DNA of 64,000 nt, from positions 1 to 64,000 of the IMG/VR virus record IMGVR_UViG_3300028615_000137. One strand, 5' to 3'. Below the pieces are notes generated by a model. That model was not told the origin of the DNA and ran no database searches. It worked only from the letters and a program-made list of their open reading frames with translations. The position numbers and the translations under genes are program-made. Origin of the DNA: a virus. The number at the start of each line of letters is the position of its first letter. Within the stretch, counting starts at the first letter, position 1. Positions 46,837 through 57,329 of the stretch are shown in pieces.

Positions 46837-49059
46837 ATGAGTCAAGAATTACTCAGTAGTAAAGTTGTCGTGGTTGAAGAACAGCCGCGAGTGCGCTCGA
46901 TTCAGGGCGTGCAAACATCTATCGCCGCATTCGTTGGCGTGACCGAAAGGGGTCCGCTTGGTGAAGCCACGCTACTCACTTCGTTTGACGAATATCGCGC
47001 TGTCTTCGGCGGTTATACCACTGATAGCGACGTTGCAACGGCAGTAAGCAGTTTTTTCGAAGAAGGCGGAAATTTCTGTTACGTAATCCGTACAGTGCAC
47101 TACACCGATCCTTCGAATCCGAATTCCAAAACTTCTGTCAAAGCAGGTACTACACTCCAAACGGCTGCCGCTGGTGCCACAGCCGGTGTTGTTCTTGGCA
47201 CGAACACAGAGCCTTTCAACTTCGAAGGCAACAATCAACTAGATATTGATGTCGACGGCGCTGGTACTGAAAACGTCGTTTTCACCGCCACCAGTGCAAG
47301 TCGTACGAGTGGAAACGCAGAAACTTTTGCTCTATCTAACGGCGAAACTCTTACTGTTGATATCGACGGTACAGGTGTTCAGACAGTCGAATTCCTCACA
47401 GGCGAATTCGTTGATATAAGCAACGCCACTGCACAAGAAGTTGCCAACGTAATCAATGCCAAGCTCACGGGAGCATATTCGCTAGATTCGGGCGGTAACG
47501 TGGTTATCGCTTCTGATACTTTGGGCACAGACTCCAGTGTCGATGTTACTGGCGGTTCGGCAAACGCAGCGCTCGGGTTTACTACCGGTATAATCAGCGG
47601 TACGGGCGATGTTGGTGATATCACGGCAGTTACGGTCGCCGAAATCAAGGCGCACGTTGAAGCGGGGGTTAGTGGTTCCAGTGGCGTAACAGTTACAGAC
47701 GTTGGCGGAGCAGTTCAAATTGCTTCGAATACGACGGGTCCTAGTAGCACGATTCAAGTACTGGCTTCTTCGAGCGCTGACACCATTCTGGGTATAGACA
47801 ACGCTGTGCATTCCGGCACTTCTGGCACTCCCGTCGATACACTCGATGTAGACGGCAAAACTGACGGTGCTTATGCTAACAGCTTGAGCGTTGAGGTTAC
47901 GGCAGCCACTTCGGGCGTCTCAACCGAGTTCAATCTTTATGTCCTTGAAGACGGCGTGATTGTCGAAAATTTCCCCAATCTTACCATGGTGGATGGAGAA
48001 GCTCGTTATGTCGAGAGCATCGTCAATGCAGACAGCAATCTTATAGAAGTTACCGACTTGGATGCAGGAGTCGCTAATCAGCGCCCCGCCAATGCCACTA
48101 CGCCGCTTACTGGTGGTGATGATGGTCTTGTTGGTCTTACCGATGCCGATTTCATTGGAGATTCTACGGGCGAGACTGGTATCAAGGCACTGGATAACGT
48201 TCAGAACGTTAACATTCTCTGTGTTCCTGGGCAGTCAACGGCTGCTATTTACACTGCGATGATCAACTATTGCGAAACTACTCGTGATATGAGCATGTTT
48301 CCAATCCTCGATCCTCCTGCTGACCAAAGCTATAGCGAGATTGTTACATTCTTCAATAGTGCAGGTTTGGCAGGTCTTAGTGAATTTGGCGCATTTTACT
48401 GGCCGCGAGTTAAGGTTGTAAATCCTGCTCCTGCTGTTTTTGGCGATGTTGCTAACATTAATGTCAATCCCTCAGGTCTGTTGGCTGGTCTTTACGCAAG
48501 AGTTGATGGTTCGCGCCCTGGTGGCGTTTACATTCCTCCCGCTGGAATCGAAAATGGGCAACTTCGTAGTGCGGTTGGTCTAGAGACTGATGATGTTTTG
48601 GACGAAGCCAAGCGCGATTTTGTTGCTCCGAATCGAATCAACATCATTACAACTTATCCTGGTGCTCCAATTTTCGTTGATGGCAGCTATGTGCTAAAGG
48701 GAAATGGTAATTTCCCGTTCATTTCACAGCGCAGAGGTGCAATCTTCATTGAGCAGTCGATTAAGCAGGGCATCGAATTTGCTCGTCACCAAAACAATAA
48801 TGCCAAACTTCGCCGAGAAGTTGAGCGGACTGTTCGCGGATTCTTGCTTGTTCAAATGAACAACGGAGCCTTTTCGACGACAGATCCGAGCACAGCATTC
48901 TTCGTCGCATTCAACGATGCGCTTAATCCACCTTCGGAAGTTTCTGCTGGTCGACTCAACGGTCGGGTTGGCTTGGCTTTCAACACACCGGCTGTTTGGA
49001 TTATTGTCCGGTTTAGCAAAGATACTAGGGCTCTTGAAGCGGAACTTCAACAGAGCTAA
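46837..49059 (+). CDS. Tail sheath protein
   Basis: I.GV.TSIAAFVG.TERGP, L.GG.DG, ILCVPG, ILDPP, YWP, PSG..AG.YAR.D, PAG, GLAFNTPA.WI. Confidence 0.95.
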   Translation: MSQELLSSKVVVVEEQPRVRSIQGVQTSIAAFVGVTERGPLGEATLLTSFDEYRAVFGGYTTDSDVATAVSSFFEEGGNFCYVIRTVHYTDPSNPNSKTSVKAGTTLQTAAAGATAGVVLGTNTEPFNFEGNNQLDIDVDGAGTENVVFTATSASRTSGNAETFALSNGETLTVDIDGTGVQTVEFLTGEFVDISNATAQEVANVINAKLTGAYSLDSGGNVVIASDTLGTDSSVDVTGGSANAALGFTTGIISGTGDVGDITAVTVAEIKAHVEAGVSGSSGVTVTDVGGAVQIASNTTGPSSTIQVLASSSADTILGIDNAVHSGTSGTPVDTLDVDGKTDGAYANSLSVEVTAATSGVSTEFNLYVLEDGVIVENFPNLTMVDGEARYVESIVNADSNLIEVTDLDAGVANQRPANATTPLTGGDDGLVGLTDADFIGDSTGETGIKALDNVQNVNILCVPGQSTAAIYTAMINYCETTRDMSMFPILDPPADQSYSEIVTFFNSAGLAGLSEFGAFYWPRVKVVNPAPAVFGDVANINVNPSGLLAGLYARVDGSRPGGVYIPPAGIENGQLRSAVGLETDDVLDEAKRDFVAPNRINIITTYPGAPIFVDGSYVLKGNGNFPFISQRRGAIFIEQSIKQGIEFARHQNNNAKLRREVERTVRGFLLVQMNNGAFSTTDPSTAFFVAFNDALNPPSEVSAGRLNGRVGLAFNTPAVWIIVRFSKDTRALEAELQQS

Positions 49060-49082
49060 ATTTTTAGGAGAATTAATATAAA

Positions 49083-49550
49083 ATGGCTGTTGTTGGTACT
49101 CCCAGAGTTTTTCACAAGAAATTTTCCTTCGTCGTAGAGATTGAAGGGGTGGCTGTTGCTGCATTCAACAAATGTTCATCGCTCGAAGCGGAAATTGCTA
49201 AGGTGGAATATTATGAAGGTGGCGCGGTTATTCCCGATAAGTCGCCTGGACGAATTACTATCAGCGATATTACGCTAGAGCGCGGTACTGCCAAAGGCGA
49301 TTCCGATCTTTATAATTGGTGGCTCGATGTTATCAACATGAGCGCCAACCAAGGCTTGATTGATAACTTCTACAAGCGTGAAGTTGAAATTTTGCAGCTG
49401 GATCGAGATGGCGATGTTCTTCATCGTTGGCTTTTGCACAACTGTTGGCCTACCAAGTTTGTTGGCGGCGAATGGGACAACGATGCCGACGAGAACGTTA
49501 TCGAAATGCTGACTCTTACTATGGATACATTTGATAAGGCTAACGCTTAA
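49083..49550 (+). CDS. Tail tube protein (T4 gp19-like)
   Basis: F.VEIEG...F..CS.L, Y.EGG, ITLERG, W.L.NCWPTK, IE.LTL. Confidence 0.92.
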   Translation: MAVVGTPRVFHKKFSFVVEIEGVAVAAFNKCSSLEAEIAKVEYYEGGAVIPDKSPGRITISDITLERGTAKGDSDLYNWWLDVINMSANQGLIDNFYKREVEILQLDRDGDVLHRWLLHNCWPTKFVGGEWDNDADENVIEMLTLTMDTFDKANA

Positions 49551-49573
49551 TTTTTTTAGACAAATAAAGGGGA

Positions 49574-50341
49574 TTGTCAATGTTAGTTCATTGTCCTAGT
49601 GGTCTGAAAGGCCATATTAGAAAACTGAAGGGTTCAGAAGCCAATATTCTAGCAGACCGAAAGGCTGCTAGAAAAGGCGATACATACAATCAGATTCTTT
49701 CCGCCTGTTGGGAATCTATAGAAGATCCGGGTCCCTACGATTTTACTGACAAAGTAAACTGGGATAAGGTGCTGGTTTGCGATCGTTTTTATATTCTTAC
49801 ACGAATTAGGATTCATACCTTTGGTTCCGAATACGATTTCAAACTAAAGTGTCCGGCATGCGACAAAAAGTTTGATTACGAAATTGATTTAGAAAATGAT
49901 CTGGATGTATATGCATTGCCAGACGAATCTAAAAATAAGATCAAAGAAGGCGAAAACTGCTTCGAAACAGAACTTGGCGATAAAAAACTCTGCTTTTCTC
50001 TAGCTACAGGAGCTACTGAAAAGAAAGCTTCAAAAATTCTAGAAAAAAAGACAGACGAAATTATCACGCAAAGCTTGGCAACTCGGATTCTATCGATTGA
50101 AGACGTCGAAAAGCGAGATATTCCAAACTTCCTAAAAAGCGTTGATCTTGATGAACAACTTGGCTTGATCGAGGAAATGGATAACTTCGACGGCGGTATC
50201 GAGACTACCATTGAAGTAGCTTGTGCACATTGCGACGAAGAATTCGAACTACAACTCCCTTTCGAGGGGGAGGGTTTTTGGCTTCCACGCAAATCCAGCA
50301 AGAAGAAGTCCAGGAACTCTCGGAAACTCCATCGCGGGTAA
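49574..50341 (+). CDS. Tail assembly chaperone (T4 gp26-like)
   Basis: DR.YIL..IRI.TFG.EY...CP.C; C..C.E.FE..LPF..GFW; between tube and TMP. Confidence 0.75.
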   Translation: MSMLVHCPSGLKGHIRKLKGSEANILADRKAARKGDTYNQILSACWESIEDPGPYDFTDKVNWDKVLVCDRFYILTRIRIHTFGSEYDFKLKCPACDKKFDYEIDLENDLDVYALPDESKNKIKEGENCFETELGDKKLCFSLATGATEKKASKILEKKTDEIITQSLATRILSIEDVEKRDIPNFLKSVDLDEQLGLIEEMDNFDGGIETTIEVACAHCDEEFELQLPFEGEGFWLPRKSSKKKSRNSRKLHRG

Positions 50342-50553
50342 ACTCGCTTGGTAACATATTCCCAATTTTTGATAAAAATTGGATTTTAAATGCCACCGCA
50401 GAATTATGTTATAATTTAAATGGTGGTAGTGGTTTCTCATTTAGTCGCCTTGACGTCTTAGATATGTCCATAGGGGAAATTGAATTTTTCCTCGAATGGT
50501 TAGACGAAAGGCGCAGAGCAGAAGCCGCGGCCATAAAATCATCCAATAAATGA
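50272..50553 (+). CDS. Extension of tail chaperone, probably via -1 frameshift
   Basis: Slippery G GGT TTT at 50272-50278; -1 frame open to TGA 50551-50553; no convincing independent start. Confidence 0.65.
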   Translation, partial: GFLASTQIQQEEVQELSETPSRVNSLGNIFPIFDKNWILNATAELCYNLNGGSGFSFSRLDVLDMSIGEIEFFLEWLDERRRAEAAAIKSSNK

Positions 50554-50562
50554 GGCGATATA

Positions 50563-53208
50563 ATGGCATTAAATAACTTAGGTTTAGGTCTAGTATTTAC
50601 TGCTAAAAATTTCGCTTCTCCTGTTATTTTAAAAATTAACAGAGATTTAAGCTTTCTTGAGAAACGAGCCAATAAAAGTGGTTCAAAAATAAGCAAAGCA
50701 TTTCAAGGCATCGGAACTGCTGCACTCGGTGCTTCTGCCGCTTTAGGAGTAGGCGGATTGTTGGGAACCTTTGGTTCTCTCGAAGCTGCTAAAGTTGGTG
50801 GCCGCTTTGCTCAAGGCTTGGCAAAATTGGGCAATATTTCCATGGCAACAGCGGGGCAGTTAGATGCCATGGGCGAAAAGGCGTTTGAAACTGCTATTAA
50901 AACTCAATTCTCTCCCGATCAAGCCATTGAAGGCATGACCGAACTAGCACAACAAGGGTTTGCTGCTAGAGAGGCGATGGAAGCTTTAAATCCGGTAATG
51001 GATTTGGCAGCCGGTGGCCAATTGAGCGTAGCGCAATCTTCGGCCACCGTTGGTGCTGCCCTAAACGCCTTCAGCCTATCCGCCGAACATTCTACAGAAG
51101 TAACAGATAAAATGTTCCGCATTACCCAGCTAACGGCTTTAAAAGCCGATGAATTAGAAGGTGTAATGGGTAAATTGGGCAGAACTGTAGGTATTACTGG
51201 GCAGTCTATAGACAATGCGCTGATTTCCGTAGGGTTTATACGTTCTACTGGTGTTCAGGCAACTGAAGCTGCAAACGCCGTGAGCAGAGCTTTGATCGAA
51301 GTCTCTAAAAAGGCTGATGATTTTCGAGCATTGGGCATTGAAGTAACTGATGTTAATGGAAAGTTTAGGGCCTTACCAGCTATTTTGCTAGACATGAAAA
51401 AGGGCTTAGCCGGAAGCAGAGACGAAGCCGAGCGAGCTAAGAAAGCATATGCTCTGTTGGGCAGATTTGGCGTTTCTGCCTTTGCAGCGCTAGAATCGAG
51501 ACTTAAAAAAGGCATAGTCGATCGTAAAACTGGCAAGACCTTATACGGCATTGATGCACTAGAATTGATGCAAAGGCAAATGGCCGATGCTTCCGGCACA
51601 GCTAAAAAGTTCAGAGACGATTTTCTAAATACATTCACCGGGCAAGGTGTATTACTTAGAGGCGCCGCGCAAGGTATAGCAGTGGCAGTAGGCGAACCTT
51701 TCGCCAAAATTTTAAAACCTTTGGTCGGCGGTTTGGTAGACGTATTTTCATTCTTGGCTAAAAATATTAGAGCGCTGCCTTCACCTCTAAAGAAAATTAT
51801 TGCTGCGTTCATTGCATTTACTTCTGTAACAATGTTACTAGTAGCAGCTTTAGGAATTTTGACAGTGGCCATTGGCGCCTTGATGGCTTTTGCAGCGCCA
51901 ATCCTTCTTTTCTTTGCCAAGGCTGCGATACTACTTGCTCCACTTACTCTTTTAGTAACTGGTCTAGGATTAGGAATATTCACTTTAGCTTCTGCTTTGA
52001 ATAGAGGAGCAGCCAGCAATAAATTATTAGAAAAACTAAGAATGGTTAGACTTGTATTTTCAGGTTTAATTGATCTATTTTCTGGTAAACGTTTTAGCGA
52101 AGAAGTTTCGGCCGAGTTCAAAAAAGCAGATAGTCCAGTTGCCAAATGGATAACAATATTGGGGCGTGCTGGATTTAAAATAGCTTCTTTCGTTATAGGA
52201 GTTAAAGAAGGGTTTGAAGCTGTATTAGACACGATGGGGCCAACAATAGATGCATTGGTCGAGTCTCTGAGTGGTCTTTTCAAAGAAATTTTCGCTATAG
52301 ATATTTCTAATATATTCGATGAAGAGGGAAGTGCTAGAGAAACTGGTCGTTCTATAGGTTTATTTATCGGCGACTTGGGTAAAAAGATTGTTCAAACTTT
52401 CACAGATGCGACCAATTGGTTCAAAAATTTCGTAAAATCTTTTAAGAAGTTTTATAAGTCTGACTTAGAGCCGATCATAGAAATATTTAAAGAATCTATG
52501 TCTTCCTTAGCTGACCATTTCGGCTCTGCAAATAAGAAGCAGAAAGGTTTTGTAATAGCTGCAAAAGCTATCATATCCGTCGTAAAAGCTGTGATGATTG
52601 TTTTCATCGCCTTTATCAAAATCCTAGACACTGCTCTAACACTCATTAAAGAAATTGCAGGGTTCATTAAATCTGTTACTCCAGGTCAAGGTTTAAGAAA
52701 CCAACGAAAATTGGATAGCTCTTTCGCCCCGTATGGGCGTAAGCGCACAAGAGGATTAGATGCTTTAGATAGGTCTTTACGAGAAAGCGATCCAGACTTT
52801 AAAAATAAAGCTGCTGCGTTGGCGACTAAAGCAGAAGAAAGATTTTCTTTTTCTGACCCAACGTTGCTGAAAGAAATACTACGTAGACAAGAATTTAACA
52901 GCGGAACAGACGGCGTTGGAGAACAAGCTAAAATTGGACTACAAGTTTTAGAATTTGGAAGGTTAGATTTAGCGAGTCAGATAGCAAAAGCCAATCAAGA
53001 TAAATCTTCCGTAGACTTATCTTCTATTAAAGAAAACTTGGTAGATAGCATAGTTTCTGCTGTTAGAAGTGGTATGTCTGGTGTCCAGCTAAAATCTTCC
53101 ATAAACGTCGATGGTCAATCTATCGCCAATGTCACATCTAGTGTCAACCAAAGTAATGCAGAATACTCTCACAATAACAGCAATATTGTGCACACGGAAT
53201 TAGAATAA
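50563..53208 (+). CDS. Tape measure protein (TP901-family core)
   Basis: TQFSP.QA.EGM.ELAQ.G, P.MDLAA, LNAF.L, LGI.V.D.NGKFR, hydrophobic mid-segment. Confidence 0.92.
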   Translation: MALNNLGLGLVFTAKNFASPVILKINRDLSFLEKRANKSGSKISKAFQGIGTAALGASAALGVGGLLGTFGSLEAAKVGGRFAQGLAKLGNISMATAGQLDAMGEKAFETAIKTQFSPDQAIEGMTELAQQGFAAREAMEALNPVMDLAAGGQLSVAQSSATVGAALNAFSLSAEHSTEVTDKMFRITQLTALKADELEGVMGKLGRTVGITGQSIDNALISVGFIRSTGVQATEAANAVSRALIEVSKKADDFRALGIEVTDVNGKFRALPAILLDMKKGLAGSRDEAERAKKAYALLGRFGVSAFAALESRLKKGIVDRKTGKTLYGIDALELMQRQMADASGTAKKFRDDFLNTFTGQGVLLRGAAQGIAVAVGEPFAKILKPLVGGLVDVFSFLAKNIRALPSPLKKIIAAFIAFTSVTMLLVAALGILTVAIGALMAFAAPILLFFAKAAILLAPLTLLVTGLGLGIFTLASALNRGAASNKLLEKLRMVRLVFSGLIDLFSGKRFSEEVSAEFKKADSPVAKWITILGRAGFKIASFVIGVKEGFEAVLDTMGPTIDALVESLSGLFKEIFAIDISNIFDEEGSARETGRSIGLFIGDLGKKIVQTFTDATNWFKNFVKSFKKFYKSDLEPIIEIFKESMSSLADHFGSANKKQKGFVIAAKAIISVVKAVMIVFIAFIKILDTALTLIKEIAGFIKSVTPGQGLRNQRKLDSSFAPYGRKRTRGLDALDRSLRESDPDFKNKAAALATKAEERFSFSDPTLLKEILRRQEFNSGTDGVGEQAKIGLQVLEFGRLDLASQIAKANQDKSSVDLSSIKENLVDSIVSAVRSGMSGVQLKSSINVDGQSIANVTSSVNQSNAEYSHNNSNIVHTELE

Positions 53209-53209
53209 T

Positions 53210-53839
53210 ATGGCAATCCAATTTATAGATCCTTCCAACGACGCAGAAGAAAGAGCCAAGAGAAACGATTTGAGTAATCGTTTTAGCAGCGCTGGTTCTA
53301 AGCGTATACAAAGAGTCTATTTTAGAGATTTGCGGCGAAAAGTAGATATAGTGTTGCCATATGTGCCTAATAAAGTATCAGAAACAATTCTAGTAGATTG
53401 GGTCCGACACAATGTAGTTGGTATGTCACATCAACCGTTGCATTATGTGGGAACGCAAAATCATAGTTTTGATTCCTTGGAACTATTCTTCAAAGCTGAA
53501 AGTACAGAAGATGTTACTAACATTGCCGAAGGGCGACGAAACTTAATGGCAGCTTGTTACCCTCTTAATGTCAACACAGACGTTGAAAGGGGTTCAGCTT
53601 CTAGATTGCTATTTATTTGGCCAAATTTATTCTCTATGACTTGTGTAATAAAAAGTCTCAGAATTACACATGAAAAATTCAATCATGAAGGTCAGCCGGT
53701 CCAATTTAGAGCCGTACTTTCCTTGGAAGAAATAAGAGATGTAAGATTAGGTTCCGAAGAAGTTGCAAACTTTGGAACGAACAGAAGTGAAACTACCAGT
53801 TCGACAGACCCATTCGACCCTAACTTAAATTTCGAATAA
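53210..53839 (+). CDS. Baseplate tube-initiator-like protein
   Basis: After TMP; LFIWP...CVI.SL.I...F...G.P..A.L.LEE. Confidence 0.65.
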   Translation: MAIQFIDPSNDAEERAKRNDLSNRFSSAGSKRIQRVYFRDLRRKVDIVLPYVPNKVSETILVDWVRHNVVGMSHQPLHYVGTQNHSFDSLELFFKAESTEDVTNIAEGRRNLMAACYPLNVNTDVERGSASRLLFIWPNLFSMTCVIKSLRITHEKFNHEGQPVQFRAVLSLEEIRDVRLGSEEVANFGTNRSETTSSTDPFDPNLNFE

Positions 53840-54180
53840 TGCCTCCCAGAAAATATTCAAAATTTACATTCAGCGATGGATATAATTTCGACGAAGAAAA
53901 GGTGATTCTTACTACACCCTTTCCTTTTCGTTATAAAAATTTCAAAGACAATCGCATTTATACTACAAGCGAAGGCGATACTCTATTCCATATTGCAGGA
54001 ATTATGTTCCGAGGCTTACCTAGACCAGTCGGCCTATGGTGGATCATAATGCATTTTCAACCAGAACCTATTCACGACCCTACTATCAAATTTCCCGCTG
54101 GAACCAGATTAGTTATTCCTAGTATAAGAACGGTAGAAGAAGAAATTTTTAACGAAACTAGACGTGATAGAGAAGAATAA
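53839..54180 (+). CDS. LysM/tail-X-like baseplate protein
   Basis: EGDTLF.IA...LWWII...DP...G..L.IP. Confidence 0.75.
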   Translation: MPPRKYSKFTFSDGYNFDEEKVILTTPFPFRYKNFKDNRIYTTSEGDTLFHIAGIMFRGLPRPVGLWWIIMHFQPEPIHDPTIKFPAGTRLVIPSIRTVEEEIFNETRRDREE

Positions 54181-55502
54181 TGACTTATGATGCACCATAT
54201 TACACCATTAAAGTGGTGCCAAAAAATGGCGATCCTGTAAGGGTTGTTACAGACAAAATTAAATCTTTTAGATTTTTGGATGCTGAAAGAAAGACTGATA
54301 CATGTACCTTTACAGTAGATAATTTCAACTTAGAAAATTTTGACGATCCTTTGTTTCGCAAAGGACAACATTTAGAAATAAGTTGGGGTTACAAAGGCCG
54401 TTCTGCCCTGACAAGAAAAGCTTGTATAGTAAAAGTTAGCGGCTTTCACATACTCACTGTAGAAGCACGTTCTATTTCTATCATCATGAATACGGAACAA
54501 AAAACTCGTTGCTTCGAGAATATGACAGATTCTCAAGTTGTTAGAAAAATTCTAAACGACGATTATCCAGGAATTTTTGCACAGAGAGAACTTTTCATCC
54601 AAGAAACCAATGAAGTCGAAGAAGTGATTACGCAAGCTGGTAAAACAGACGCGCAAATGTTTCGCCGCTTAGCTGCGAGAAATGGTTACGAATTCTACGT
54701 CGACCACGAAGGGTTTCACTGGAAGCCTAGAAACCTAAACCAACGACCTATCAGAACTTATACTTGGTACGGTCCAAACAATAATCTTGGTGCCATCTTA
54801 GATTATCCTACAATAGAAAATGATATTACTGGAAAATTAGTACATGTAGTAACAAAAAGTAGAAATCCGGAAACCAAAAAAGATGTCACTGTAGAAACTG
54901 GTCAAGACGACGAAGATATCCTTTCCTTGTCCGAAGGCGCAGATATTTGCGATAATTACACAAAAGAAGATTGCAAGAGATTAATAGAATCTAGAGTTGC
55001 TAAAAAGCAAATAAGAAACACTCAATCTACGTCAGAATCTAGAGCAAAAAAAGAAAATGTTGCTAGAATAAAGCGTTCTACACATTTGACAATAAAGATG
55101 ACCTTAACTGTTCTCGGCGATCCTTTCGTCTACGCCAAGAGTGTGGTTCAAATTTTCGGAATGGGGAAGCGCTTATCAAATCTATATTATGTCACCGATG
55201 TTGAACACGTTATAGACCAAAGTGGTTACAAGACAATTTTGAAATTAAAAGGTGATGGCCACGGTGGCTGGGCCAAGCGGAGTAAATTGGCAGTTGGCCT
55301 TAGCCATATTGATAACGGCGATAAAAAGAGAAACCCAAAAAATAACAAAAGAAAACAAGAAGATCCGGGGCAAAGTACAGAAGATACAAGACTCAACCCT
55401 GTTACATTGTCGAGCGACAATTACGAAAATAGTAAAAAGGTCACACAATATATACAATCTAATGCTGTTCAACAATCTGTTCCGGAAAGCGATGTATGCT
55501 AA
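54180..55502 (+). CDS. Baseplate hub (late control D/Mu gp44-like)
   Basis: Q...TD..F.RLA.RNGYEFYV, GDP, G.G..LS..YYV..V.H...GY.T. Confidence 0.82.
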   Translation: MTYDAPYYTIKVVPKNGDPVRVVTDKIKSFRFLDAERKTDTCTFTVDNFNLENFDDPLFRKGQHLEISWGYKGRSALTRKACIVKVSGFHILTVEARSISIIMNTEQKTRCFENMTDSQVVRKILNDDYPGIFAQRELFIQETNEVEEVITQAGKTDAQMFRRLAARNGYEFYVDHEGFHWKPRNLNQRPIRTYTWYGPNNNLGAILDYPTIENDITGKLVHVVTKSRNPETKKDVTVETGQDDEDILSLSEGADICDNYTKEDCKRLIESRVAKKQIRNTQSTSESRAKKENVARIKRSTHLTIKMTLTVLGDPFVYAKSVVQIFGMGKRLSNLYYVTDVEHVIDQSGYKTILKLKGDGHGGWAKRSKLAVGLSHIDNGDKKRNPKNNKRKQEDPGQSTEDTRLNPVTLSSDNYENSKKVTQYIQSNAVQQSVPESDVC

Positions 55503-56086
55503 TTACTAGAGACCCAGTATTAGAACCAGGTGAACCGTTATATGGTTTGTATGTCGGTTCGATTGTAAATCGCAACGATCCTAAAGGTTTGGGTCGTGTC
55601 AGAGTACATATACCAGGAATTACAGCACCGGAAGGAAGTGCTTGGGCTTGGCCTTTGGGCCAATCTGGCTCAGGTGGCGGTTCTATAAACGGTCAAAAAT
55701 CTAGGCAAGGATTCTTCAACATCCCAGAATTGGGCGCCGAAGTTGCGGTATTATTCAACCAAGGCGACGAAGATTACCCATATTATTTGACAGGAAACTG
55801 GGGAAGAGACGAAGTACCGGAAGCCACGGAAGGCGGAAATCCGGACATCCGAGTCATGGAATTTGGTCAATATGCCATTGTAATCGATGACAGGCCAGAG
55901 ACTAGGAGTTTTGCCATTTTAGACAAAGACGGAGATGCGAGGGTAGAATTTAATGGTGTAACCAAACAAATGCTAATAGAAACGCCCACTTCTATAACTC
56001 TTCGAGCAACTGGAGAGATAGAACTGGACGCTTTGAATATTGTACTTAATGGAAGGCCAGTTTTGGTCTCGGATGATCCAATATAA
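55496..56086 (+). CDS. Baseplate spike (gpV/gp5 OB-fold)
   Basis: DP.GLGRVRV.IP, WA.P, G.F.IP..G.EV.V.F..GD...P. Confidence 0.88.
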   Translation: MLITRDPVLEPGEPLYGLYVGSIVNRNDPKGLGRVRVHIPGITAPEGSAWAWPLGQSGSGGGSINGQKSRQGFFNIPELGAEVAVLFNQGDEDYPYYLTGNWGRDEVPEATEGGNPDIRVMEFGQYAIVIDDRPETRSFAILDKDGDARVEFNGVTKQMLIETPTSITLRATGEIELDALNIVLNGRPVLVSDDPI

Positions 56087-56799
56087 TGGCGGCGAATCAA
56101 GTCATAGTAAATTGTCCGGATTTACCAGTAGTAGCTAGGGATAAATGTCTAAGATTTCCCGGTGGCGTAGAAATTTGTCCAAACTTACCAGATTTAGTAC
56201 CCAATGGCACGCAAATTGCAAGTAGCATTCTTTCACAAGCCAATGCTGCGTTAGCCCCTTTGTCTCCAATCTTCACTATCATAGAAGTGGTCATAGCCAT
56301 TATGGAAGTGCTCAAAGCCATTCCTAAGGCCATTTCTCAACTTTCCCCTAGTCCGATACTAAGTGCTCTGAGTGATGCTATCAAAGCGGCTGCTAAGTTG
56401 CTTAAATTGCTACCCGTATTGTCTATTCCGTCCACAGTATACGATTTAATTAGTTGTGTAATCGATCAACTAAAAGCATTACAAATTGAGTTGGGTAGAT
56501 TACTATCACAAAGTTTAAAAATTACTGCCGCTAGAGCTGATGCCGTAGGTAATGTTCCTCTAATTGCCCTTATCGATTGCGCTGAAGGAAACTTAAATGT
56601 TCAATTTTTGAACATGAAAGAAAGATACGAGCCACTACTTAGATTAGTAAGTATCATTAACGATTTACTAGATCTAATCGGTCTACCCCCATTACCACTG
56701 GTTCAATTGGGAGACAGTATCGAAGAAGCCTTAGAAATTATCGACCCTCTTGTGAGCACATTAGAATCTGCTCGGGATGCTATTCCTCTTGCCTGTTGA
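56086..56799 (+). CDS. Hypothetical helical baseplate-region protein
   Basis: TAATG-coupled; Leu/Ile/Pro-rich. Confidence 0.65.
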   Translation: MAANQVIVNCPDLPVVARDKCLRFPGGVEICPNLPDLVPNGTQIASSILSQANAALAPLSPIFTIIEVVIAIMEVLKAIPKAISQLSPSPILSALSDAIKAAAKLLKLLPVLSIPSTVYDLISCVIDQLKALQIELGRLLSQSLKITAARADAVGNVPLIALIDCAEGNLNVQFLNMKERYEPLLRLVSIINDLLDLIGLPPLPLVQLGDSIEEALEIIDPLVSTLESARDAIPLAC

Positions 56800-57301
56800 A
56801 TCTAAATATACTCTCGTTACTCCTTCTGGTAGCAGTCCTGGATCAGGCTCTACTAGTATTCCATCATTACCATCTTTTCCAGAATTTATTGGTAAAGGAT
56901 TAATTACACCATTTCTACGTGCATCGAACGACATTCAAAATAGCGATTCTATCGACGTCATTCAATCGAATATTTCTCAAATTTTAGGCACTAGGAAAAA
57001 CGACGAGGTAAAAGCTGGAGAATTGCCCTGGAGAGATGACTTCGGTTCCCTATTGTATGAATTACGTCATGTACAAAACGACGTAATTGCTCAAGAATTG
57101 GCAAAAGTACATGTAATAGATGCTATATCCAGATGGGAACCGAGGGTAAGAATCAAAAGAGTCTTTCTCGATCGTGTCAAGGATAAAGAAAATAACGAGA
57201 CAATTTTGGAAATAAAAATTTTGTACGATATAGTGTCGACAAATCCGAATCGAAACAATGTAATCGTACCAGATGTGAATCAAACTATTTTTACATCTTA
57301 G
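56777..57301 (+). CDS. Baseplate wedge protein (gp25/gpW-like)
   Basis: I.QIL.T...GE.P...FGS, AI.RWEPRV.I. Confidence 0.88.
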   Translation: MLFLLPVESKYTLVTPSGSSPGSGSTSIPSLPSFPEFIGKGLITPFLRASNDIQNSDSIDVIQSNISQILGTRKNDEVKAGELPWRDDFGSLLYELRHVQNDVIAQELAKVHVIDAISRWEPRVRIKRVFLDRVKDKENNETILEIKILYDIVSTNPNRNNVIVPDVNQTIFTS

Positions 57302-57329
57302 TGTTACAATAATAAGAATAGTTGTACTT

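Noticed and set aside
51255-52283. 342-aa antisense ORF inside the tape measure gene (and similar antisense ORFs in structural genes)
   Set aside because: Fully nested opposite a well-supported gene; explained by codon bias.
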